Assembly (NCBI GenBank): GCA_947259645.1 | Contig: CAMYND010000009.1 | Span: forward strand, 7,241-71,240 | Origin: Thermodesulfovibrionia bacterium | Lineage (GTDB): Bacteria; Nitrospirota; Thermodesulfovibrionia; UBA6902 | DNA length: 64,000 nt | Reading direction: 5' to 3' | In this document: one piece after another, positions 29,756-40,086 of the stretch | How positions within the stretch are numbered: position 1 is the stretch's first letter | Layout: every line of letters begins with the position of its first letter | Made by a program: the position numbers and the translations under genes | Notes under the pieces: generated by a model | The model's database searches: none | Told to the model about the DNA's origin: nothing | What the model saw: only the letters and a program-made list of their open reading frames with translations

Positions 29756-30598
29756 TCAGAGGCCCATTCTTTTGACATACGTATCAAATAACCTCAGCCC
29801 TTTCATATGGTTCTCGGTGAGGTCATATGAAATTGTCTTCCAGTACGAAACAAGGTCATCTTCTCTGATCCATTTTTTGTGGGGGGCCTCTCTGGCGATA
29901 AGGGCAAAATTATCCGCGGCGAACCTGCCTGCAGCAGCTAAATCTTCAGAAAGCTGTGTTAGCAGTATTTTTTTCTGTGACAGAACCTGTTTTCTCACGA
30001 CCCAGAGGGCATAAACAAAGGGCAGACCTGTCTGTTTGTTCCATTCATCGCCAAGATCATAAATATGCAGATGCTTTCCCTGCCGGGTCGGGTCATCAGA
30101 ACTCGTTGTTTTTCGGTACTCAGTCATGGCAGTATCTCCTATATGAAGTACCGCGGAATAGGTAGAGAGAATGTTTTCAACATCTTTATGGTTTACCGGC
30201 CTGAAAGTACAGGTTATTGAATAAAACTCAGCCAGAATTATTTTTAACAAAGCAGTTGAAGTTTCTGACTCGGAAGATACAGCGACTGTTTTGCCGTCAA
30301 GATCTTTTAATGGTGACCTGGAAAAAAGGTAGATGCTGTTTATCGGCCCCGCAGAACTGATAGAAAACCACGGTAAGATCTGATACAGATCCTTGTTTTT
30401 CAGGTACTCTATTGATGAAGAGGGACTGACATCAAGCATACCCTCCCTGAGCATTTGATTCAGTTTTGCCGGCACGTTCTTTATGAATCTGTATCCGGAG
30501 GTATCGCATTTATTTTCAAGGTAATAGAAAATCGGATAGAGGTTCGCGTAAGGTATTTTTCCTATCTGCAACCTGTTATTTTCTGGCGTGCTTTTCAT
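29756..30598 (-). CDS. menaquinone (futalosine-pathway) biosynthesis protein, MqnA/MqnD family (chorismate dehydratase-like)
   Basis: N-terminal LQIGKIPYANLYPIFYYL...LNQMLREGMLDVSPSSSIEY matches the MqnA family signature. Confidence 0.5.
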   Translation of the reverse strand: MKSTPENNRLQIGKIPYANLYPIFYYLENKCDTSGYRFIKNVPAKLNQMLREGMLDVSPSSSIEYLKNKDLYQILPWFSISSAGPINSIYLFSRSPLKDLDGKTVAVSSESETSTALLKIILAEFYSITCTFRPVNHKDVENILSTYSAVLHIGDTAMTEYRKTTSSDDPTRQGKHLHIYDLGDEWNKQTGLPFVYALWVVRKQVLSQKKILLTQLSEDLAAAGRFAADNFALIAREAPHKKWIREDDLVSYWKTISYDLTENHMKGLRLFDTYVKRMGL

Positions 30599-30722
30599 TT
30601 AACAATTAGTTAATACTGCTGAGGTGTAACGAGTCGAGAGGCCGCGAAAAGGAGAAGGCCCGGCCTTGAACAGCCGCATGTATTACGCTGACTTTTCACG
30701 GTATTGCCCGCAGTGTATAGTG

Positions 30723-32168
30723 CTAACCCTTGATTACTCCCAGAGGCCTGAGTCTTGCCACTTTCCTTGATAAGCCCGCCTTATGCACAACATTTACAAC
30801 AGCGGAAACATCTTTATACGCTTCGGGCATTTCTTCCGCAAGGGTGTTTCTTCCCGTTGCCCTTACAATTATACCTTTATCTTCCATTTCACGCCAGATC
30901 GCCCTTCCTTTCGCATTTTTGATTGCCTGGTGTCTTGACATGACCCGTCCTGCACCGTGGCATGTAGAGCCGAAAGAATCTTCCATCGCCTTTTCAGTCC
31001 CGACCAGGACATATGAGGCCCGTCCCATGTCTCCGGGTATGATTACCGGCTGGCCAATGGCTTTGTATCTGTCCGGAAGGTCAGGGTGATTCGGACAGAA
31101 AGCCCGTGTTGCGCCTTTCCGGTGAACCACCAGTTTTTTCTTCTGACCCTCAATAACATGCTCTTCAATTTTTGCGATATTGTGGGCAACGTCATAGATG
31201 AGCGTCATCCCGATTGATCCGGGACCGGTCTTAAAAACCCGCATGAAGGACTCCTCCACACGGTTCATGATCAACTGTCTGTTTGCCCAGGCATAATTTG
31301 CTGCGGATTTCATGGCAGAAAGATAAGCAGCAGCCTCAGGGCTTTTTATTGGAGCGCAGGCGAGCTCCCGGTCAGGCAGTTCTATCCCATATTTGTTGGC
31401 AGCCTGCTGCATGACCTTAAGGTAATCAGTGCAGACCTGATGGCCGAACCCCCGTGAACCGGTATGAATCATGGCTGTAACCTGACCTTCAAAGAGTCCG
31501 AGAGTGCGGGCAACTGACTCATCATATATTTCATCGACCCATTGTATCTCTGTAAAGTGATTGCCCGAGCCGAGTGTTCCCAGTTGCGCGCGTCCCCGTT
31601 CGTAGGCTTTTTTGCTTATGCTCTCAGGATCCGCACCATCAAGGCATCCCCCTGACTCTGTGTTCTCAAGGTCTTCACTGTCACCGAAACCCCGCTCCAC
31701 AACCCAGCGGGCCCCTCCTGTTAACACGTTCCTTTGCTCTCTTGTATCAAGGGGAAGCGCACCCTTTGAACCAACACCAGTAGGAATCTCCCGGTAAAGC
31801 TCTTCAATGAGATCCTTTATTCTCGGGATGGTCTCTCGCCGGTCAAGATTAGTTCTCATGAGCCTGACGCCGCAGTTAATGTCATAACCCACCCCCCCCG
31901 GTGACACGATTCCATCATCCCCGTCAAAGGCGGCAACCCCGCCTATGGTGAAACCATACCCGGTATGAATGTCCGGCATTGCAAGAGCATTCCCCACGAT
32001 CCCGGGCAGTGACGCCACATTTGCCACCTGATTAACCGCTTTCTGTTCAAGCATCTCTTCAAGGGCTTTGTCTGCGTATATAATGCCCTTTGTCCTCATG
32101 CCGGTTCCGTATCCCCTTGGCACTTCAATCCTGTTGCTGTCTATTCTCTTAAGGCCCTTCATAGTCAT
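30723..32168 (-). CDS. rtcB: RNA 3'-phosphate/5'-OH ligase RtcB
   Basis: LPGIVGNALAMPDIHTGYGFTIGGVAAFD, GAGRVMSR and GSGNHF are RtcB metal/GMP-site motifs. Confidence 0.9.
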   Translation of the reverse strand: MTMKGLKRIDSNRIEVPRGYGTGMRTKGIIYADKALEEMLEQKAVNQVANVASLPGIVGNALAMPDIHTGYGFTIGGVAAFDGDDGIVSPGGVGYDINCGVRLMRTNLDRRETIPRIKDLIEELYREIPTGVGSKGALPLDTREQRNVLTGGARWVVERGFGDSEDLENTESGGCLDGADPESISKKAYERGRAQLGTLGSGNHFTEIQWVDEIYDESVARTLGLFEGQVTAMIHTGSRGFGHQVCTDYLKVMQQAANKYGIELPDRELACAPIKSPEAAAYLSAMKSAANYAWANRQLIMNRVEESFMRVFKTGPGSIGMTLIYDVAHNIAKIEEHVIEGQKKKLVVHRKGATRAFCPNHPDLPDRYKAIGQPVIIPGDMGRASYVLVGTEKAMEDSFGSTCHGAGRVMSRHQAIKNAKGRAIWREMEDKGIIVRATGRNTLAEEMPEAYKDVSAVVNVVHKAGLSRKVARLRPLGVIKG

Positions 32169-32378
32169 GAGATCGCTCCTTCCTGAAGGCTGTTTGGGGT
32201 TACCTCGATATTCCTTTGATCTTGTATATACATTATATATCCAATATAACCGTTGCCTGAATTATCGGTTACTATTATTATATGAGTACAGCAAGGAAAA
32301 ACATATTCATAACAGGAGCGCCGTCATCGGGGAAGACTACTGTGAAAAAAAAGTTATTGCTCAGATCAGGGAATTGCT

Positions 32379-32879
32379 TTGAAAAGTAATATCACCCTCA
32401 TCGGTATGCCCGGTTCCGGCAAAAGTACGACCGGCATCATTCTGGCAAAAAACCTGTCACTTGGGTTTATAGACACAGACATATTAATACAGATTAACCG
32501 CCAGAAATCGCTTCAGGAAATAATGGACGAGACGAATTACCTGAACCTGAGAACAGTTGAGGAAGAAGAGATCCTGAAAATTAATGTTGCAAATCATGTG
32601 ATAGCCACAGGAGGAAGCGCGGTGTACAGTGAAAGGGCCATGCGTCATTTGCAGGACATATCAGCCATAGTGTACCTTGAGGCATCGCTCAGTGAAATAG
32701 AAAAAAGGATCACAAACTTCGGGACAAGGGGAGTTGCCAAAGCCGAGGACCAGAGCTTCAGGGAGCTCTTTGAAGAGCGGCAGGCACTGTATGGAAAATA
32801 TGCTGAGGTGACTGTAGCCTGTAACAGCATAGTTCAGGATGAAGTTGCCCGCAGGATAGCGCTGAAATTAAAAAACTGA
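32379..32879 (+). CDS. aroK: shikimate kinase-like P-loop kinase
   Basis: Walker A GMPGSGKST. DTD motif FIDTD. Length about 166 aa. Confidence 0.55.
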   Translation: MKSNITLIGMPGSGKSTTGIILAKNLSLGFIDTDILIQINRQKSLQEIMDETNYLNLRTVEEEEILKINVANHVIATGGSAVYSERAMRHLQDISAIVYLEASLSEIEKRITNFGTRGVAKAEDQSFRELFEERQALYGKYAEVTVACNSIVQDEVARRIALKLKN

Positions 32880-33024
32880 AGAAACAGGACGTATAGATGT
32901 TATAATGAAGCGGCTCGTGTCCGGCATGATATATTGACAAAGCTGAGTCGTAAACAGTGTGAGGTCCAATTATTAGAGGTTCTCCTTCATATGATGCCAG
33001 ACAGAAATTTAAAGCAAAACAATT

Positions 33025-33912
33025 TTGGCAAACAGTAAAAAAATCTCTGAAGTTATCATGACCGCGATAAGAAATATATCTACAATATTCATAACAGCTT
33101 TTCTTTTGCTTTTCGCTTCAGGGTATAGCGAAGAGACAGCCCAGGACAGTGATGATAAAAGTCTGCACTATGCCTCAGAGGGTAAATTTGAAGAGGCAAA
33201 AAAGGAAGTCCTTAAGGAACTGGAATCGAACCCTTTCAACAGGCGCGCCCAGGAGTCTCTTTTGGTGATTGAAGATGTTATAAATGAAAAAATAAAAAAG
33301 GATACAGCTCTCAGACTCTTCGAGGGGGAGATGTCGTACAGTAAGGGCTCCTTTGACAACGCGATAAACGCGTATGATGCCGCCATAACCGCTGAACCGG
33401 ATTATTATATTTCATACGTGAAACGAGGAGTGGCGCATACAAGGAATCGAAAGTATCAGAGCGCCCTGTCAGACTTTGACCGGGCCATAGAGCTGCGGCC
33501 TGAATATTCTGTATCATACACGAATCATGGAATAGTCTACGCCAAGCAGAAGCAGTTTAATGAGGCTATCTCAGACTATAACTTGGCCCTCGAAATAGAA
33601 CCGGGTGACCCTGATGCCTATTATAACAGGGGGGTTGCTCATGGTAAGCTGGGCAAGTATGTTCTCGCCATCCTTGATTACGACAGGGTCACAGAGATAA
33701 TCCCGAAATATACAAATGCCTATACAAACCGCGGTTTTATCTACCTCATGAATCTTGAGAACAAAAAAATGGCCTGCGCGGACTGGGACAGGGCATGTGA
33801 ATTAGGGGAGTGCGGCAATTATACCCTTGCGAAGGAAAATGGTTTTTGCGACGGAGGCGATGACCACCCTTCTCAAGAAGGAGCTCATAACGATAGCGGT
33901 CACAGGCATTAA
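33025..33912 (+). CDS. TPR-repeat lipoprotein
   Basis: Signal peptide. Six or more TPR repeats (AINAYDAAI..PDYYISYVKRGVAH..). Cys-rich C-terminus. Confidence 0.55.
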   Translation: MANSKKISEVIMTAIRNISTIFITAFLLLFASGYSEETAQDSDDKSLHYASEGKFEEAKKEVLKELESNPFNRRAQESLLVIEDVINEKIKKDTALRLFEGEMSYSKGSFDNAINAYDAAITAEPDYYISYVKRGVAHTRNRKYQSALSDFDRAIELRPEYSVSYTNHGIVYAKQKQFNEAISDYNLALEIEPGDPDAYYNRGVAHGKLGKYVLAILDYDRVTEIIPKYTNAYTNRGFIYLMNLENKKMACADWDRACELGECGNYTLAKENGFCDGGDDHPSQEGAHNDSGHRH

Positions 33913-34105
33913 GTAAAGATATATCAGGTTTACAAAATATATTTAATGACAAAAACGCAAAGGATGCTCGAAAATTATGCCCTCGGTCATTTGCTCTGGG
34001 ATTTATATAGGGTTTAGGCTGAATGAAGCAAAGGAATTGAGGGACATCAGACCGTTAAATCTGAAGCAGACGGCGGTTTAATAAAAACAGTGCTTGAAAA
34101 CATGA

Positions 34106-34474
34106 ATGAATCCAAATGAAATGAAAAAACAGAGTGGATTTATTGAGTTTCTTGGTGAGACGTTTGAAGAGTTTGGGTTAATTGATGCTCGCAGGATGTT
34201 TGGCGGTTATGGGATATATCATGATGGTATTATGTTTGGCCTGGTTGAAAATGATACCCTCTATTTAAAAGCGGACGAAAAAACAGAGAAGCTCTTTGAA
34301 TCCAAAGGACTTACTCAATTCCAATATTCCAGGGCAGGCAAAATAGTGAAAATGTCATACTACAGGGCACCGGAAGAAATTTATGATGATCGAGAGAAAG
34401 CAGCCACCTGGGCAAGACGAGCTTATGAGGCTGCACAAAACAGGGGAATAAAAAAAGAGAAGCAGAAAAAATAA
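34106..34474 (+). CDS. TfoX/Sxy N-terminal domain protein
   Basis: MFGGYGIYHDGIMFGLVENDTLYLKAD...FQY..GK matches the TfoX_N signature. Confidence 0.55.
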   Translation: MNPNEMKKQSGFIEFLGETFEEFGLIDARRMFGGYGIYHDGIMFGLVENDTLYLKADEKTEKLFESKGLTQFQYSRAGKIVKMSYYRAPEEIYDDREKAATWARRAYEAAQNRGIKKEKQKK

Positions 34475-34572
34475 ATGAAATTAAAGCGAAAAAATATAAA
34501 TTCAAAAAGCTGTGTTAAGATTACTATAGAAAGAGAAGCAAAAAAAGCATAAAAAACAATAGGAGGAATGCT

Positions 34573-34908
34573 ATGAAATACTTAGTTACGGCATCAGATG
34601 GTCCTGGATTTGCTTCGCAAGAAGAAGCATTGGAAGTGTTGCAAGATGTTATTCTTCCGAGTTTCAGCAAATTAATCGAACTCGAGAAAAAGAAAAAGAT
34701 AATTGCGGGTGGTCTTCCGGTTGGCGACAGAGCATTTGTATTCATGGTGGAGGCTAAGTCTAACGATGAACTGGACCAAATGCTGAGACAACTTCCGATG
34801 TGGGGAGAGTTTGATTGGGAAGTAACTGCATTGCAGACATTTAACGGAAGAGCCAAGCAAGAGCGACAGGCTGTACGAGAGCTTAAAAAGGCTATAAGAG
34901 CAAAATAG
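34573..34908 (+). CDS. muconolactone delta-isomerase-like (dimeric alpha+beta barrel) protein, tentative
   Basis: About 110 aa. DELDQMLRQLPMWGEFDWEV resembles the MIase family core. Confidence 0.3.
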   Translation: MKYLVTASDGPGFASQEEALEVLQDVILPSFSKLIELEKKKKIIAGGLPVGDRAFVFMVEAKSNDELDQMLRQLPMWGEFDWEVTALQTFNGRAKQERQAVRELKKAIRAK

Positions 34909-35098
34909 AGTAAATAAGCTACATCCTATTCACGCACCTGCCTGCCGACATGAAAAGGAGACCTGTGATAAATTCATAAAGGGTGATGAAGGTCTCACCG
35001 ATACTCGGCATTAAAATATCTGAGAGTTAAATATAAAAACAATTTAAAATCAGTAGGATAAAGTCCTGCTGTTAAAAACAGAAAAGTAAGGAGTATAT

Positions 35099-36061
35099 AT
35101 GAGTTCGTTTGGTTCAAATACGCGGCGTGGGAAATCACGACCGCAGCAGCGTTCGCATGCGTCAGCACGCAGAGTTGTTTCTTCTGATGAGAAAAAGTTT
35201 CTTGCCGGTACAGCCGTAAATCCGCATCCGCGCATTATTCTTGAGAAAGGCAGTGATGATTTGTCCATCCGCGCGCTTGATCTTATTTGTCCGATAGGGA
35301 TGGGTCAGCGCGCTCTGGTAGTATCATCGCCAGGACTGGGTAAAACGACATTTTTAAAGAATATCAGCAATGCGGTAACAAACGGATATCCTGACATGAA
35401 GGTATATTGCGTCCTTGTTGATGAGCGCCCCGAGGAGGTGACTGATTTTACGCGTAGTGTGAGTGCCACAGTGTATTCCTCATCTATGGATCATGGACAT
35501 GAAAACCATATTAAGATTGTCGATAAGGTTATCGCAGAGGCATTTACGGAAGCGGCTGCAGGGCATAATGTGGTGATATTGCTTGATTCACTTACGCGTC
35601 TGGCGCGGGTGCATAACGCACAGCACCGGGGCGGAGGGCGTACGATGTCCGGGGGAGTGGGTGCTGGTGCACTTGAAGTCCCACGTCGTATTTTCGGTAC
35701 TGCCCGCAATGTAGAGGGTCTCGGCTCTATAACTATCATTGCGACGATTCTGGTAGATACAGGCAGTGCTATGGACAATGTTATATTTGAGGAGTTTAAA
35801 GGCACAGGTAATATGGAGCTGGTGCTCTCGAAAGAACTGGCGCAAAAAAGGGTGTTCCCGGCAATCGATGTGACAAAGAGTGCTACCCGGAAAGCTGAGC
35901 TTTTGTTTGAGCCTGATGAGTACAGGCATCTTGAAATATTGTACCGGGGCATGGCATCAGTGGATAATGTTACCGCTATGGAAAAGCTGATTGAAATGCT
36001 TCAGAAATATCCTGATAATAACGCTCTTTTAGAATCATTGAAGAATCTTAAGGTTAGTTAG
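35099..36061 (+). CDS. Rho-like RecA-type ATPase lacking the N-terminal primary RNA-binding (OB/CSD) domain
   Basis: Aligns by eye with Rho from the linker onward. Shared segments include RALDLICPIGMGQRALVVSSPGLGKT (Walker A), VLVDERPEEVTDF, ILLDSLTRLARVHN, TGSAMDNVIFEEFKGTGNMELVLSKELAQKRVFPAIDV and the R-loop. The ORF starts at an AAGGAG-preceded ATG with no upstream ORF encoding an OB fold. Confidence 0.65.
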   Translation: MSSFGSNTRRGKSRPQQRSHASARRVVSSDEKKFLAGTAVNPHPRIILEKGSDDLSIRALDLICPIGMGQRALVVSSPGLGKTTFLKNISNAVTNGYPDMKVYCVLVDERPEEVTDFTRSVSATVYSSSMDHGHENHIKIVDKVIAEAFTEAAAGHNVVILLDSLTRLARVHNAQHRGGGRTMSGGVGAGALEVPRRIFGTARNVEGLGSITIIATILVDTGSAMDNVIFEEFKGTGNMELVLSKELAQKRVFPAIDVTKSATRKAELLFEPDEYRHLEILYRGMASVDNVTAMEKLIEMLQKYPDNNALLESLKNLKVS

Positions 36062-36198
36062 GGATGGTGTTTCAAGGTTAAAGAAGATTCCAGGGAGTCA
36101 GGGATATACTAGTATCAAGTTATTGAATCGAATGGTAAAAAGCTTGTGTAAGACGTATTATTGAACTTGTATGACTCGCACTGGCTTAAAGAAAAAAG

Positions 36199-37002
36199 AT
36201 GTCTAACTCAATTCCCCCTATGTCCAACTATCGAATGACTATTTCTTATGATGGGCGGGCTTTCCTTGGCTGGCAGCGACATGGAAATCAGCCGACTGTT
36301 CAGTACGCCCTTGAGCAGGCGGTGGAGCAGGTGTTTAATGTCCGGGTGCCGGTACGGGGTTCCGGTCGCACTGATCGCGGAGCCCATGCGCTCGGTCAGG
36401 TGGTGAGCCTTCAGCTTCCGAATGGGTCAGAGCCCGAAGAAATCAAGAATAAGCTGAATGATGTTCTGCCTGTGGATGTGCGAATAGCGGATGTGCGTAA
36501 TGCATTGCCAGACTTTCATGCCTGTGATTCCGCCATTGCCAAGCGCTATCGTTATATCATCTGGAATGACAGTAAATTGCCGGCAGAACTTGATGGGCGG
36601 GTATGGCACATCAAGGAGCCTCTTGATCTGAAAGCGATGAATGACGCCTGTTCGATATTCGTAGGAGAGCATGATTTTGCTTCCTTTGCAACGCGACCAA
36701 ACTTCAAACAAAAATCAACCCGCCGCACTGTTATCGAGGCTGTTATCACGCATGAATTACCAACGATAACGTTCAAAATCTCGGCAGACGGATTTCTCTA
36801 CAAGATGGTGCGCAATATTGTACGTGCAATTGTTAAGGCAGGAGAAGGACGGTACACGCGTGACGACCTTTGTCGCATTCTTGATGCGAAAGACCGCAAG
36901 GCATCCCCCGGAACCGCTCCTGCATCAGGACTCTACCTTGAACGTGTGTTTTATCCAGAAGATCAAATTTCAGAGACAGCCAGGGGAGGAACCTCTCAAT
37001 GA
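36199..37002 (+). CDS. truA: tRNA pseudouridine(38-40) synthase TruA
   Basis: ISYDGRAFLGWQRH...VRGSGRTDRGAHALGQV carries the catalytic Asp motif. Start may be the internal ATG at 36220. Confidence 0.85.
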   Translation: MSNSIPPMSNYRMTISYDGRAFLGWQRHGNQPTVQYALEQAVEQVFNVRVPVRGSGRTDRGAHALGQVVSLQLPNGSEPEEIKNKLNDVLPVDVRIADVRNALPDFHACDSAIAKRYRYIIWNDSKLPAELDGRVWHIKEPLDLKAMNDACSIFVGEHDFASFATRPNFKQKSTRRTVIEAVITHELPTITFKISADGFLYKMVRNIVRAIVKAGEGRYTRDDLCRILDAKDRKASPGTAPASGLYLERVFYPEDQISETARGGTSQ

Positions 37003-37499
37003 ACCAATTTGTGCACCAGCGCCATAAAACCGAATCCAGGCTGAAGCGATCTCGCGAGCTTGTTGTTGCCTGCGCCCCCATGCGCAGCAATGTGAATGTC
37101 TCAAGCATTGCCCGGACAGCAAGTGCCTGTGCGGTGGAAAGACTTATTTTAATCGGCAATGCAAGCCTTATTTCAAAAATTGCCCGGGACAGTGTTTCTG
37201 AACTGGAGGTATCAATTCACCGAACATTGAAACCGGTGCTGCAAAAGCTCCGTGATGACGGCTATCGTCTGGTCGGCCTTGAACAGACAACCAACTCAAC
37301 GAGCATACATAACTACGGTTTTACAAGACGTACTGCGCTGGTAGTGGGAAACGAACGTACCGGATTAAAAGCCGATATCCTTGATATATTAGACGATGTG
37401 GTTGAGATCCCGGTATACGGACTTCCCCATAGCTTCAATGCCGCAATCGCGGCCAGTATGACATTATACGAATATTGCCGGCAGTTTCCCAACGGGTAA
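36999..37499 (+). CDS. SpoU-family (TrmH/TrmL-like) RNA 2'-O-methyltransferase
   Basis: SpoU motifs LVGLEQTTNSTSIH, ALVVGNERTGL and IPVYGLPHSFNAAIAASMTLYE. Overlaps the truA stop (ATGA). Confidence 0.75.
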   Translation: MNQFVHQRHKTESRLKRSRELVVACAPMRSNVNVSSIARTASACAVERLILIGNASLISKIARDSVSELEVSIHRTLKPVLQKLRDDGYRLVGLEQTTNSTSIHNYGFTRRTALVVGNERTGLKADILDILDDVVEIPVYGLPHSFNAAIAASMTLYEYCRQFPNG

Positions 37500-37751
37500 T
37501 CTGCACTGAACACTAGCAACTATCAGATATGGTGCAAACTCCCTGCATGACTTCTTCAGCTTATTTGTCATCCTCCGACGCGATCGGGGGATCCAGTAAG
37601 TTATAGTGAAAAATAGATTCCCCGATTAATTCGGGGAATGACACCACGTTTAATATTCATAAACGAGTCAAAGCGCTGCCTTCAGAAATTGTGCCATCAG
37701 TCGTTAACGTGTAAAATAGGAGCAAACGAATCAGGAAAGAATATAAATACA

Positions 37752-39362
37752 ATGAAATCTCATGACAAGATGAATTTGGAGAATGCACTAAATTTTGACA
37801 ACAAATATACCCGGGAGCTTCCGGCAGACCCCGAAACCTCTCATGAGACACGGCAGGTTACGAACTCATGTTATTCCAGAGTCCAGCCAGTAAAGGCAGG
37901 AGCCCCTGAGTTAGTGGCTTTCTCCAGAGAGATGGCCGAAGAAGTAGGCCTTTCCTCTGAGCTCTGTGAGTCTGAGGAATTTGTGGAGGTTTTTTCAGGC
38001 AATAAGGTTTTATCCGGTATGGATCCCTATGCCACCTGTTATGGTGGGCACCAGTTTGGCAGCTGGGCCGGCCAGCTCGGGGATGGTCGTGTTATTAACC
38101 TGGGAGAGATAGTAAATAAAGAGGGAAGAAGGTGGGTGCTTCAGCTTAAGGGTGCCGGCCCTACTCCCTACTCAAGAAGGGGAGATGGTTTTGCGGTATT
38201 ACGATCATCGATTCGTGAGTTTCTCTGTAGCGAGGCCATGTATCACCTCGGGATCCCTACGACGAGAGCATTAAGTCTTGTAACCACCGGAGATCAGGTG
38301 ATCAGGGATATGTTTTATGATGGTAACCCTCAGCCAGAGCCTGGAGCGATTGTCTGTCGAACAGCGCCATCATTTACACGATTCGGTAATTTCGAGATTC
38401 TTACCTGGAGAGGAGAACTGGATCTGCTGCGCCGCTTCGCCGATTACACGATACGTACTGACTTCCCGCACCTGGGTGAGCCATCAAAGGAAGTATATTG
38501 TGCATGGTTTGATGAGATCTGTACATCAACAGCAGAGATGATCGTGCACTGGCAGCGTACAGGTTTTGTGCATGGAGTAATGAATACAGATAACATGTCT
38601 ATTCTGGGACTCACTATCGACTTTGGTCCCTATGGATGGCTCGAGGATTATGATCCGGGCTGGACACCCAATACTACGGATGCACAGGGCCGCAGATACC
38701 GATTTGGCAACCAGGCCGAGATTGCACAGTGGAATCTTATCCAGCTTGCAAACGCAATTCATCCCTTAATTGGTGAGGTTCAGCCTCTGGAGGACTCGAT
38801 ACAGACCTATGTAAATCATCATCGTGATACCTGGCAAAGAATGATGGCAGATAAATTAGGGCTTGCCGGTTTCAATAAAGAGAGTGACAATAAACTGATC
38901 ACGGATATGCAGGATCTGCTTCAGTATGTTGAAACAGACATGACTATATTCTTTCGCAGACTGGCAGCGCTTGATGTACAGAGCACTGTTGCGCGTAGTT
39001 CATCTGTCCATAACCTTATAGAGCATTTCTCTGATGCCTATTATCTGTCAGAGCAGTTAAATGATGAATATATAGTCATGCTTGATACATGGATAACGCA
39101 CTACAAGGCACGGCTGAATCATGACAAGACCCCGGATGATCTGCGCAGGGTAAAGATGAATAAAGTAAATCCTGAATATATCTTCAGGAACTATATCGCG
39201 CAGCTCGCAATCGACAAAGCGGAAAAAGGGGATTACTCTATGGTGAATGAATTGCTTGAGGTACTGAGGAAACCCTATGATGAACAGACTGGCAAAGAAG
39301 AGCTTTCAAAAAGACGTCCTGAATGGGCGCGCCATCGCGCAGGTTGCGCTATGCTATCCTGA
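37752..39362 (+). CDS. selO: protein adenylyltransferase SelO (YdiU/UPF0061 family)
   Basis: FDNKYTRELP N-terminus. YATCYGGHQFGSWAGQLGDGR, LKGAGPTPYSRRGDG, FNYGV (MNTDNMSILGLTIDFGPYGW) and C-terminal motifs are typical of SelO. Confidence 0.85.
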   Translation: MKSHDKMNLENALNFDNKYTRELPADPETSHETRQVTNSCYSRVQPVKAGAPELVAFSREMAEEVGLSSELCESEEFVEVFSGNKVLSGMDPYATCYGGHQFGSWAGQLGDGRVINLGEIVNKEGRRWVLQLKGAGPTPYSRRGDGFAVLRSSIREFLCSEAMYHLGIPTTRALSLVTTGDQVIRDMFYDGNPQPEPGAIVCRTAPSFTRFGNFEILTWRGELDLLRRFADYTIRTDFPHLGEPSKEVYCAWFDEICTSTAEMIVHWQRTGFVHGVMNTDNMSILGLTIDFGPYGWLEDYDPGWTPNTTDAQGRRYRFGNQAEIAQWNLIQLANAIHPLIGEVQPLEDSIQTYVNHHRDTWQRMMADKLGLAGFNKESDNKLITDMQDLLQYVETDMTIFFRRLAALDVQSTVARSSSVHNLIEHFSDAYYLSEQLNDEYIVMLDTWITHYKARLNHDKTPDDLRRVKMNKVNPEYIFRNYIAQLAIDKAEKGDYSMVNELLEVLRKPYDEQTGKEELSKRRPEWARHRAGCAMLS

Positions 39363-39628
39363 AGCTCATAAATCTCTTATGGATTAAGAGAAAAATTAGC
39401 TTGGTTGTATCTTCATCTCTGAAAATTCCGGAGATTACTTTGCATTGTATCGTGTTCATGGCTATGATCATCATTATAATTTTGTATGGTATTTCGGCTA
39501 CCTGCACAGTAAACCATTACCAGTAGTGACGAAATTGACTGCGATTAGTTTTGTCTATACAATTCATCTTTCGGCATGTTATCGTCATACAGGCACTCGT
39601 TATGCAATTCTGTGTTATGATTTAATCT

Positions 39629-39979
39629 ATGAAAATAACGTTCATATATAATGCGAACAGCGGCAAGATTAATACCTGGTTAGATATTGGCCATAAGTTA
39701 ATAAGTCCAGATACATATTCATGTAATCTCTGTTCCTTAACTCATGGTGTATTCTCTGAGAGAGAAGAATGGAAAAAATATAGAGAAGAAAGTTCTCTTG
39801 AATTAGAGTTTCTGCATAAGGATGAATTTGAAAAAATATATAAAGGAACTGAACAATATACATTTCCCATAATACTTAAATCAGAAGAAGATGGTAAATA
39901 TGAAGTGCTTGTATCTACAGATCAGGTGAATAAGCTTAAAGATATAGGGGATTTGATTAAAATCCTGCCAAGATCATAG
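39629..39979 (+). CDS. hypothetical protein with a CxxC motif, in a low-GC patch
   Basis: 116-aa ORF with CNLC. No confident family. Confidence 0.3.
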   Translation: MKITFIYNANSGKINTWLDIGHKLISPDTYSCNLCSLTHGVFSEREEWKKYREESSLELEFLHKDEFEKIYKGTEQYTFPIILKSEEDGKYEVLVSTDQVNKLKDIGDLIKILPRS

Positions 39980-40086
39980 CTATGCGTTGCTGAGCTCATT
40001 CGTTATAAAAAAAATAATATATATGAAGGAGCAACATTCAGGGTTGCATCGTACAATGTGATATTATCTAAGCGAGAATCGTATCG

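Noticed and set aside
33025-36061. TPR lipoprotein, TfoX-N, MIase-like and Rho-like genes as one functional system
   Set aside because: The genes are separated by A-rich spacers with their own RBSs, and there is no functional logic linking the families. Treated as independent genes; only the Rho-like gene is flagged.
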